Origin: Octopus sinensis
Lineage: Eukaryota
Assembly: GCF_006345805.1 (NCBI RefSeq)
Contig: NC_043007.1
Coordinates: 47,988,001-48,052,000, forward strand
Reading direction: 5' to 3'
Length of the DNA stretch: 64,000 nt
Shown here: piece after piece, positions 37,870 to 48,461 of the stretch
How the letters are laid out: each line of letters begins with the position of its first letter
Position numbering within the stretch: position 1 is the stretch's first letter
The notes under the pieces: model-generated
What the model saw: only the letters and a program-made list of their open reading frames with translations
The model's database searches: none
Told to the model about the DNA's origin: nothing
Position numbers and translations under genes: made by a program

Positions 37870-38212
37870 GAGAATACATGTGGGTTAGTAGAATCCAGTG
37901 ATTTCATTAAATCAGGCATCTCCGGAGGAGTGAACAGAGATGTTCGCTCGAGAGCTTGAAATTCATCGTTTGCAGCTTTCAAAGCGAGGAATTGTGGCCG
38001 GTGCTTCAGCTCGAGCAGACCTACTGGTGTAGCCACAGTCGCTGAGGGCTTTGTTATCATCGAAGGTACTTTCATCTCTGGAGAGTCTCTGATTCTCTGG
38101 TGGTGCTTTAAGAACTCCTTCAGCAATCTTCTTTACTTCATAAACGGTAGTTTTCTTCAACGTCTATAAAGATGGTACATCTCTTCCTTCTGATCATTAA
38201 AAACACATCCAT
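37870..38212 (-). pseudogene. ELOB: Processed Elongin-B pseudogene, two frameshifts
   Basis: Intronless MDVFLMIRRKRCTIFIDVEE/TTVYEVKKIAEGVLKAPPENQRL...DDNKALSDCGYTSRSARAEAPATI/LALKAANDEFQAL...PPEMPDLMK, matching the well-known Elongin B sequence (MDVFLMIRR...APATVGLAF...PPELPDVMK). Confidence 0.9.
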
Positions 38213-38240
38213 TGTATAAGTTGCGTATATTATATATACA

Positions 38241-38382
38241 ATGGATATGTTCTAATGATTAGAAGGAAGAAGTGTACCATCTTTATAGACGTTAAAGAAA
38301 AACACTACCATTTATGGAGTAAAGAAGATTGTTGAAGGAATTCTTAAAGTACCACAAGAGAATCAGAGACTCTTCAGAGATG
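38241..38382 (+). pseudogene. ELOB: Second, 5'-only Elongin-B retrocopy, head-to-head with the first
   Basis: atggatatgttctaatgattagaaggaagaagtgtacc...cagagactcttcagagatg is a diverged inverted copy of about 38070-38212. Confidence 0.85.
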
Positions 38383-38389
38383 TGGGGGT

Positions 38390-39710
38390 TTACATGTAAG
38401 GGAATGGTAAAAAAAAGAATATGCAATATGCTTTAAAAAGAGAGAGATATACATAGTATACGGAACTAAGAACAAAAAAGGAGTAGTAATGGGGTCCTCC
38501 TGATACAAGAGGACCTCTAAGGATGATCGAGGAACCCCACCATCCAAGAACACCCTGTCCTTTCTAACTCCTTTCCTCTGACTCACAGATCTACACTGTG
38601 AGTCGTACCATCCACTTTTGCCATTTTCGCAACTTGCATCCACCTTTTGATAAATTTACTAGAGGACAGCACCTCCCTCTCCACATTCACTCTCCTTTTC
38701 AATTGTAACTTGAAAAAGTCGATGAGGACTTTATCGAAGAGAGCTGTCTCTGTCCTCATTCCTTTCAGCCTCGCCACACCCACCAAGTAAAAGGAAAACT
38801 GCATTGTCGGCCCAATTAAGGATGGGCAGCAGGGCAATCATCACAATGAACTCGATCGACAGACGGATCCGTCCCACACGAACAGATGTTCGACATAACT
38901 CCATAAGTCAGCAATTCCCAGACACTGAACGAGTGCATGCAGAACGGTTTCATCACTCTGCGTGCGCCTCGGGCAAGCCCACATCACACACACATCCCGG
39001 TCTGTTAAGTTTATCTCTAACCGGTATACCCCCACACAGCCCTCCACTGGTAGCACTGCCAAACCAAAGACATCTGGAAATTATCCATAATAGTCCACAA
39101 CCGAAATGTCCTCCGGAACAGACTAGCCAGTTGTCTTCATCGACGCCCAGAGACTCCCCTAGGATGTCATCGCACCCCACCCCCTCGCCACTTATCCTCT
39201 ATAAATAGCTAAAGCGGAACATCCACCGATCCTATTGTCCGACATGTAGAGGACAGTGAGAGCCTGGTGACATTCTAAGTGCCAGGCGCCCAATGTCAGT
39301 CTATCTTTCACCCAGGACTGCAGTTCCGTCAGAGAGACGAGCTGTAGAAAGACGTGTCTCACAAACGGAGTCCTCACACGTTCACCTTCTAGGTAACGCA
39401 ACCGCAGCGCTTGTCTGCCCACCAACAGCCCCCACTCAGAGGGAGTTGGCAGCAGACTGGCCGCCTAGCCATTGAAACACGTCCTTTCTACAAGAAAATT
39501 CACAAGAGACTCTCCAACTTGATCAAGCAATAATCAGGGCAAGGTACGACGGTCAGACGGTAAATGGTGACGGAGGCAATGTAGGCATTCGCATCCTCTG
39601 CCCAACCTTGCAAGGACAGTTTCATCTCTACCCATTTCTAGGCAAGATTGGCCATCCTGTTCGTCATATCGTCCCAGTTGTTATCCACCTGCAGCATAAC
39701 CTTTTTTAAC
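38390..39710 (-). mobile_element. L1/Tx1-clade LINE 3' fragment
   Basis: GAWHLECHQAL, IPVRDKL, QSDETVLHALVQC..IADLWSYVE (CCHC finger region), LKRRVNVER. Same family as 60040-61440. Confidence 0.85.
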
Positions 39711-39846
39711 TACTGAGGGTGCCTATAGACAAGTGGGGGCGGGACGGACAGAACAATACAATACAGATAGAGTGGGATTGAAACGTGTAAATTTTTTGAA
39801 AATTTTCACAATTAAAATTTCCAAAAGAGGAGACTTCCGAAGGTTA

Positions 39847-40113
39847 TGGCGAGAATCATAACACACCCTGTGAGAATGGACTAGTTGAACTCACATATGT
39901 AGGAGCGTGTTTGACTGAGAGCGAGAGATGAGAAATCGCAGGAAGTCGAAAGGTGCCGTTCATGAGTTTGTGGAGTCGCAGGAAATTGTTGAGAAGTTGT
40001 TATAGTTCATTGAGAGTTGTTTTGGATTGGTTACAGTTGTTGGCAGAGTATTTGGGAATACATCAAATAAAGACAGTTGGTATCTCCCCCGTTTCGTGGT
40101 AATGTGCATCACA
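39847..40113 (+). mobile_element. Solo LTR, 267 bp
   Basis: TG...CA termini with GTTA duplication (39843-46 and 40114-17). AATAAA at 40066. Start and internal gaagtcg(g/a)aaggtg motif align in register with 42079-42360. Confidence 0.65.
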
Positions 40114-40265
40114 GTTATTAGCGCATGACACTGAGGTGACATATACAGAAACCACGTCTGTATAAAGGTCTTTCCGTAGAAGTCTCCGCACAATCACGAT
40201 CGCCCTAACCTCTAGGGCAAGTACACACTGCTCTTTATCTACCCTACATCTAGAAGCACATTTGC

Positions 40266-40311
<46 letters not shown>

Positions 40312-40856
40312 CCTTTCTACTATAGACACAAGGCCTGAAATTTTGAGGAAGGGGGCGTCGATTACATCGACACCAGTACGCAACTGGTACTTAATTTATC
40401 GACCCCGAAATGATAAAAGGTAAAGCCGACCTCGGCTGGATTTCAACTCAGAAAGTAGCGACGGGCGAAATACCGCTAAATATTTCGTCCAGTGTGCTAA
40501 TGGATGCCAAAAGGCATTTTGTCAACGTTTAATTAAAAAAACAAATAATCTTTTCTGTTATAGGCACATGACATGATTTTAGGGGTGAAGGATAAGTCGG
40601 TTATCTCGACTCCAGTGCACAACTGGCACTAATTTTATCGATACCAAAAGGATGAAAGTCAGGCGAAGGTAAAAGGGAACGAAACGCCGCTTAGCATTTT
40701 TGTTAACGATTCTCCCATGTCACCGTCTAAAAGAGAGATAGATAGTAATGAGAATGGCCGGAGATGTAAAATACGTGCCTCAAGAATTGTTATTTGTAAA
40801 GCGTAGTAGAAGAGATATATGCTTATATAAACAACATATAAGAAATATGCGAGGAA

Positions 40857-40997
40857 ATGGGAAAGTTGGCAAAGGATTCCCTTCTTCAATGTTTATTCTT
40901 ATTTTTTATTTGTTTTTCTTTGTTTCTTTGTAAACTTCAGCAGTTTCACCGACTGTAAAAGGAGATACTACATTATCAATTGAGACAACTACAACAG
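40857..40997 (+). pseudogene. Frameshifted duplicate of the gene 2 first exon; 40941-40997 could still act as a 57-nt phase-1/1 cassette exon (xVSPTVKGDTTLSIETTTT)
   Basis: About 40680-41170 aligns with 41820-42470 plus 45131-45235. ATG 40857 reads MGKLAKDSLLQCLFLFF... but is out of frame with the Thr-rich part. cag/cag acceptor at 40940/40943 and gtaagt donor at 40998. Confidence 0.55.
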
Positions 40998-41593
40998 GTA
41001 AGTGAAACCGTTAGAAGTGCTTATCCAAGGACAATAATGAATATGTGAGTGTATTGTGTGTGTGCATATATATATCCTGTACCTCAAGTCATTTGGTGCC
41101 CTCTTTGATATCCTTCAGGCAACTACAGAGTGGGTAAAGGTCTCCAGCCCTCTAAGGCAATTCACCGAGAAGGCCACTCATTGTAAAACCTACGGTTTGC
41201 TACCCACCGCAGCCATCTTAGTCCGCTGAGCCCTTGTGGTCGGACCTCGAAAGGATGGAATTGTATTGCGCGCACTGACTCTTCCTTTAAAACTACTAAA
41301 TGCAGGCAAGGAGAAAAGCCTGCATCATCAAGGATCGGTTCAAATAGCCACGCGAAGGCGTGCCCCTTTCATTCATGATATTCGGGCACAAAGAAACTGC
41401 TGTGAATAAGTATGTATGTATGTATGTATGTATGTATGCATCTATCTATCTAACTATTTTTCTATCTATCTATCTATCTATCTGTCTGTCTGTCTGTCTG
41501 TCTATTTATCGGTCTATCTATCAATTTCTCTCTCTCTCTTAATATATATATATATATATGTATGTATACATATATATGTTATATATATATGTA

Positions 41594-41650
<57 letters not shown>

Positions 41651-41676
41651 TATATATATATATGTATATATATATG

Positions 41677-41712
<36 letters not shown>

Positions 41713-41718
41713 TATATG

Positions 41719-41770
<52 letters not shown>

Positions 41771-41782
41771 TATTATATATAT

Positions 41783-41813
<31 letters not shown>

Positions 41814-42002
41814 AAGATGGACAAAAGGCCGCTAAGCATTTTGCCTGGCGTGTAAACAATTCTCCCAGCTCGCCATACGGTAAGATAACTAATAAGAAAA
41901 ATGGTCGGGTTTGTAAAATATGTGCCTCAAGAGCTGATATTTGTATAACGTTGTAGAAGAGACATAGCTTATATTAGCAACATATAAGGAATATGCGAGG
42001 AA

Positions 42003-42424
42003 ATGGAAAAGTTGTCAAAGAATTCCCTCCTGCAACGTTTATTTTTATTTCTATTTATTTTTGTTTTTGTTTGTGCTGTGATGAGTTACGACGGCCCCTT
42101 GCGAGAGATAGACTGGTCCGAGAAAAGTATAAATAATAACAATCCGAGTGAGCTAATGGTTCAGAGTTCGGAGTCCAGTGAAGTTCGTGTTAGTTCGCAG
42201 TGAAGTCGGAAGGTGTCGGTTGGTCAGTTGACTGTTAGTTCGTGAAGATGTTTGTTAGTTCGTTACATTGTTGTTACTTGTCTGGTTATCTTATTTATTG
42301 TACGTAACAAATTACGTTACTAAAGTTTGTTTATTTATAAACTGTCTAGAAACTTCAACAGCTGCACCGACTGAACAAGCAGATACTACATTGCTAAGTG
42401 AGACAACTCTTCCAATTACAACAG
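42003..42424 (+). CDS. CAP gene 2 putative first exon (signal peptide + Thr-rich segment), interrupted by a solo LTR at 42079-42360
   Basis: Removing the LTR plus one GCTG copy gives an uninterrupted MEKLSKNSLLQRLFLFLFIFVFVCA-APTEQADTTLLSETTLPITT. It ends at a G|gtaagt donor (42425) in the phase needed by the next exon. Confidence 0.6.
42079..42360 (+). mobile_element. Solo LTR, 282 bp, inside the gene 2 first exon
   Basis: TGATGAGTT...AACTTCAACA termini with GCTG duplication (42075-78 and 42361-64). TATAAA at 42128. Confidence 0.7.
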
Positions 42425-42477
42425 GTAAGTAAAACGTTAGAAGCGCTTATCTACGGACAATAATATATATATATATT

Positions 42478-42511
<34 letters not shown>

Positions 42512-45130
42512 CTAGCAGAATTGCCCGGCGATGCTCGGGGCTGAATTGCTTGAAAGTACTGTCAATGATTGCACTGAATTATGATGATTATTCAGGCAAA
42601 TATTGATATAAGTTTACGGCGAAGGAATGTATTTGTAAGTGTATAGAACGCCGTGTAAAGGGGTTCATACCCCCTCGTAGAATGGTGTAAGAATTGAATG
42701 CGAGGTTGCCTTTAAAAGAGCCATGTTATTGTTCTCATAATTGTAAGAATTTGATAGTCGTGGAAGGCGGTGTAAAACGTTCGCAGGTGAATAGGGTCGC
42801 TTCGTTTTCTACGAACGGCAGCGGATGTGCTGTTACAAAACTTCATGCTGTGTTAAAAGAGAATGGATGCCCTATGTAGGTAAGAGGGGAATGAAGCATG
42901 GGTAAGTAAATATGGGTAATTTATAAAATATAGAATAATAGCATCTACTCACCATATGTCAAACCGGCAAGACTGTAGTGGTGCTGAATAGATGAATCAC
43001 AACACAGTGGTGATGTTTTCATTGATGGGCGTTATGATTAAATTTGTTGTTGTATAAAATGATCTGTTGCTTAGTTTCCAAAGTGTATGTTGCGATCGTG
43101 TTATCGCTTATGTAAACTTTAACAGTGAGAGTGTAGATGTAGGGGTTAGATGTGTCATGTACGTTGGATATAGAAGATGGGACTGGTGGTTTGATGATGA
43201 ATGGATAGAAATAGAGGTGAACGAAGGACAGCATCTCTGAGATCAGAAGGCGTTTTAACAATGGTACAAATGGAATCGATGGCAATATTACCATTTTCAT
43301 CCCCTGGTATTTTGCCTTCACCAAGTGCAAGGAGGGTGTGAGAAAATGCTGCTGCTGTGATATCACGTCGCATAGGAGCACGCATATTGGTGTGAAGTTT
43401 GAAAGTGGATGACTTAAGACACGCACTTACTGCATCAGCTCTAGTCCTTTTGGGAATAATGGGAAGTGTTTGTCGGAAGTCCCCCGAAAGAAGAAGTGTT
43501 ATGCTTCTCATGGGAGCTGAAGAGTGTTTGATGTCTCTGAGAGATCTATCTAGTGCCTCAAGAGCACCTCTGTGGGCCATCGTGCATTCATCCCAAACGA
43601 TAAGCTTGCATCGTCTGAAGACTTCTGCCTGATCGGAGCTGTTACTGATGTTGCAAGTTGGTGTCTCAGTCTTCGCTAAGTCAAGCGGGAGCTTGAAAGT
43701 GGAGTGAGCTGTCCTGCCGCCTGGCAACAAAGTAGCCGCAATTCCAGATGATTCCACAGCTAGGGCAATGCCAGAGCAGTTGAGCTTGGCGCTGAAGGGG
43801 ACAGTGTTTTTGAGATTCCAGTTCGAATGTAAGGCAGTTTTGAAAGTGTTCCCAACAATTATTAGTTGTAGTGTTAGAATGTTTATGCCGAATATGTACG
43901 TATGCAAGTATATATATATGTATGTATACCTGTATATATGTACAAAATCCACTGAGAAGGCTTTTGTTGGTCTGAAGCTACAGCAGAAGACACATGCCAA
44001 GTCACCACACAGTGGGACTGAACCCAGGACCATGTGTTTGGAACGTAGTTTGTTACCACACAGCCACACCTGCCCCTATGTATGTGTGTGTGTGTGCGTA
44101 TGTATGTATGGGTAGATATATTATGCATTTATATATGTGTATATATATATGTGTGTGTACATATTACATGTACCTCTATATATATACATCTACACATAAA
44201 ATACAAAATACAAAGTTATATCTTGATATCGCTAGTAATAACAATACTCAAAATATATAACAGACTGGAATTGTAGACCCGTCTCTTGCAATTTCGATCA
44301 ATTGGATCTTGTCCTCCCTCTTGTATAGAAGTGTACGGCTGCAGCGAAATTCATTTTTGGACTTTCTTCTATCGAAGGCATTTTAACAAAAATGCTTCCG
44401 TAAAGACGGTGAAAATATTGTCAATTTCCCCAAACAGGGACACAATTCAATTTTTAAACAATAACCAAAGCCCCTCCTCCGAAAGGGGGAGGGTTACGGT
44501 TTACAATTATTTAACAAATGCAACACAACAACGTTTCCCTGACGAGGAACCAACAAACGTGATTACAATAGTCAAACAGTAATAATAATAACAAACCTTT
44601 TTAATTTATCCCCCATTTATGTGAAACCCCTTATTCAAGTTCAAGTCATTGATGCAATTTTATACGAATTGCTAATACACACACACACACACACACACAC
44701 ACATAATAAGGGTGAAAAATTGAATATTAATTTGATTAATATGAATTGAAAACCAGTGGTGTAGCATATAAGACCATAGCGGATCTTCCTCTAGCAAAAA
44801 GGATGACCAGTATTAATGGCTCATCCCTGTTATATAAATACTTTCACTTTAATAGTTTGACACTTGCAAAGAGAAAGTAGGAGAAAGTGTGGTGGTAATA
44901 GCAGGAGTGAAGCACTTGAAATGAGAGAGGGAAATCGTAAAATATTGAGTTTTCTCGAATTTTTGCTTAATTGGGGGTCAAATTGAAAAAAACTTTTTAT
45001 GCCATGACCCAATCGAATCTACTTGGAAAAATCATAGGTAAATTCCAATTGAAGAAATTCTATATTGTAGAATTGTATTAAAAAGAAACATGGGAACAGG
45101 CAGACAAAATCTGCCTTTTATCATAAGAGA
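42512..45130 (-). mobile_element. Internally deleted Helitron with a PIF1-helicase fragment and a family A SINE insert (about 43895-44080)
   Basis: Minus strand A|TCTCTTATGATAAAAGGCAG start, imperfect hairpin and CTAG|T end. About 43425-43800 encodes SSGIAATLLPGGRTAHSTFKLP...LIVWDECTMAH...LLSGDFRQTLP. Confidence 0.88.
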
Positions 45131-45374
45131 TATAATATATGTATATATATCGTGTACCTCAAGTAATTCGGTACCCTCTTTGATATCCTTCCGGCAACTC
45201 CAGGAGTTGGTGGAGGTCTTCAGACCTGTAAGGCAATACACCTTCATCGAAGTAATTAGAACTGGTCACCCGCGATTAGAAAATGTCAGCTGAGCATTTA
45301 TTAGATATTTATATAAATGCAATGATTCAGAGTTATAGAGAAAGTTAGATATATTTATGTTCATGACTTTCTAA

Positions 45375-46440
45375 GCGACTATGAAGAGGTAGTAATGGTT
45401 GCCAACATTATTTCCCAAACAGTTTTCCTGGACGAACATGGTTTAGAAAAACGGTTGGTGGACTTGGAAATACACATACAAGCATACATGCATGCATACA
45501 TACATACATACATACATACATACATACATACATACATACATACATACATACACGCACACATGCATACATACATACATACACACACACACATACATACATA
45601 CATACATGCATACATACATACATACATACATACATACATACATACATACATACATACATGCATACATACATACACACACACACACATACATACATGCATA
45701 CATACATACATACATACATACATACATACATACATACATACATACATACATACATACATACATACATACATACATACATACATACGGCAGATTGCTAAAT
45801 ACCTAATCAACAAAAGAGACAGTGAAGCCCTTGGAATTCCAAGATGCAACCGTAAATGTAGATTATGTAATATTTCCGTGGAAGACATCACACGTGATTA
45901 GCAGCTGCCTAAAAATGTCATCACGGTACTACCACCCTATGCGACATGACATTGTCACAAAAACTATATACAATGCCATTTAGAAAAAAATGACTCTCCT
46001 GGAATAAATATAGTGAATCCCCTTGTTATTGAAAACGTGCACAAATACCAGCACAAGAAATACTGGTGGAACATTCTCATCAAAATATCTGTCAAGTGTA
46101 AACATAACACTCCAGATATTGTTTGGGACAGAAAAGAAAAAAGTCTGTACGGTCATAGAGATCAACTATCCCGCTGGTGTAAATATTTCTTTGAAAATCA
46201 AAGGCGAAGATAACTATGGACAACTACTTCGAAACCTCCAGCTTTTATGTCCAGATTACGAATTTACATTTATACGAATAATAAATGGTGCACTTGGTTT
46301 TTGTAAGTAAATGTCTACCAGTCTGGATAACGTTGGATATTTAGAATAAAGAAATCAGCTAACTGATTTACGTATTACAAATACAATCTATAATAGTGGA
46401 GCAGTAAAACTATGCCAGACTTTTCTCAGTTTTAAAATGT
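45375..46440 (+). mobile_element. Degenerate R4/Dong-like 3' fragment interrupted by (TACA)n at about 45470-45785
   Basis: CRLCNISVEDI, WWN..IK.S.KCKHNTPDIV, KVCTVIEINYP, RIINGALG. Confidence 0.75.
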
Positions 46441-46716
46441 GACATTGTTTTTATTATCTATATTCCAAAGACGAAGCTTTGTATCTTTGTTAGAAACCAG
46501 CTCCTTCTTCGGAGGAAGAATTTAAATGATTGACTACAAACGAGAATGCATACATACATACATACATACATACATACATGCATACATACACATGCACCAG
46601 TAAATGTATAAATACATGCAAAGGAGCTGATTTTTAATTCGTTTTGCAATTACTTGCCAAGAGAAAGAAATCATACTCAAAATTTATTCTCTCCGAAACA
46701 ACGTAGTTATTGCATT

Positions 46717-46774
<58 letters not shown>

Positions 46775-47078
46775 TGTGTGTGTGTGTGTGTGCGTTGCCA
46801 TGGGACATTAATTTTGGAAGTTGAGTGAATCGATGCCCTGCATTATGCCTCCCCAGTACTAAGAGATTAGAAGCCTGTGTCGTGCTTCACTTCAACTCTT
46901 TTAGGGGGGGAAATGATTTTTCAAAGAAAAACTAAAGCGATTCAAAACTAACGTATTACAATTATATTAGCTAACTAAATATATAAATATAATACATTAA
47001 GGACTATATACAAATATATTACACAAAGAAGTAAATATCTGTACATATGTTCAAATACAAACTAATTCTATTTTGTAG

Positions 47079-47125
47079 AATCACGGACTACACGGGTGGA
47101 TGCAACAGCTGAAGAACCGGCCATG
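47079..47125 (+). CDS. CAP gene 2 exon (E-SRTTRVDATAEEPAM)
   Basis: ttttgtag acceptor and gtaatg donor. 47 nt, phase 1 to 0, compatible with both neighbours. No homology support beyond phase. Confidence 0.6.
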
Positions 47126-47233
47126 GTAATGTATTTTCTAATGATTATTATATAGGAATATAGGTGTGCTGGTGAAGCTAAACCGTTCAGTTTGCTGTCA
47201 GATGGGTCTCAGTTATGATGCCATTGTGTGGAT

Positions 47234-47524
47234 CAGTGGTTTTTCAACCGGAGTTCACATGACCCTTGGGGGTCCATGAAAGATTTTATTGTTAAAATTT
47301 ATCTGCAATAAACTGGTTATACTAATGGCGGTGCCCCAGCATGGCCACAGCTCGTGAGCTGAAACTAGATAAAATAAATAAAATAAAAAATACTATTACA
47401 ATTCCTTATATTCTATTATAAAAATCTAAAAGGATTTTTTTAAACATCAAATAGCTATGAGGGTCTTCCTGGGTGAAACAGGAATTAAAAGGGTCTGATG
47501 GTCAAAAATTGTTGAGAACCACTG
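47234..47524. mobile_element. hAT-type MITE (291 bp) with a short LINE/SINE tail inserted
   Basis: TIRs CAGTGGTTTTTCAAC / GTTGAGAACCACTG. 8-bp flanks gtgtggat and gtgtagat (7/8 match). Confidence 0.8.
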
Positions 47525-48138
47525 GTGTAGATCTTGGGAAACTGTCTTCTAATACAGCCCAATAAAACAATAAAATAATCATTAACATGTAGGCTATGGT
47601 AGCGGAATTTCCAATTCTTGCTTTCATTTAATTCCTGAATTTTTTCTTCCCCATTCAAAGTTAAAATTCCTTAAAAATATAATCAAAACAAGAAACTATT
47701 TCTAAAGTGTGAGATCAACAGCTTTAGGTTATGAATTTGGTTTAACCATTTGGAGATGGAACTTAATGATCCTTCATCATCATGTTGGGCAGGACCATTT
47801 TTTATGACATCCAAAAATCAGAAGTATGTTGTTACATGAAATTTTGTAAAGCAAACACCAAATATTTGAATCCCAATAATAAAAGCGAAGTATGGGTATT
47901 CCAGAAAATGCTAACCCCATAGATTGACCGAGTCATTTTATAAGAACTTAAAAGATTCTCTGAAATATTCAGTGTAAAAGATGTTGAGTGTCATTCTTAT
48001 CTGTTCCACTGGTCTGAATACAGATTATGTAGGGACCAAGATAGAAATTTGTTTAGACCTTACCTTTTGATATCCTTGTTCAGTATAACATTTATTTTGC
48101 CTTGTTCATTCATAGCATTTATTTCTACTTTCCAACAG

Positions 48139-48214
48139 AACTGCCCTAACAAGTACCAGAAAATAGCAAATCACTCTGGTTGCCTTTCAAAATCTCCTCT
48201 TGTAAAAAAATCTG
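48139..48214 (+). CDS. CAP gene 2 exon (NCPNKYQKIANHSGCLSKSPLVKKS-G)
   Basis: tttccaacag acceptor and gtaagt donor. 76 nt, phase 0 to 1. C..Y.....HS.C resembles the pre-CAP N-terminal motif of invertebrate CAP proteins. Confidence 0.82.
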
Positions 48215-48382
48215 GTAAGTTAATTTCTTTGCTTAAAAATTAACCTTAAGTTCCTACAAAATCTAAAATAACTAAAGACCAGTAACCCGGGAATGAAATT
48301 TTGCTTTGTGTATCCAAACCCAGGTCCAAAATCTTTTACAAACAAGGTCGATTTTTCCAGTCTTAATATCAAAACAAACACA

Positions 48383-48455
<73 letters not shown>

Positions 48456-48461
48456 TAATAA

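Noticed and set aside
40889-40933. MFILIFYLFFFVSL as a functional signal peptide
   Set aside because: In-frame TAA at 40931. T-rich DNA gives hydrophobic translations by default, so it is kept only as part of the duplicated-module finding.
44525-44560. cctgacgaggaaccaacaaacgtg hammerhead-like string in the Helitron
   Set aside because: Lacks the GAAA core and a valid stem I.
45379-45901. HTYI/MYVC repeat ORFs
   Set aside because: Pure (TACA)n microsatellite inside an R4 fragment.
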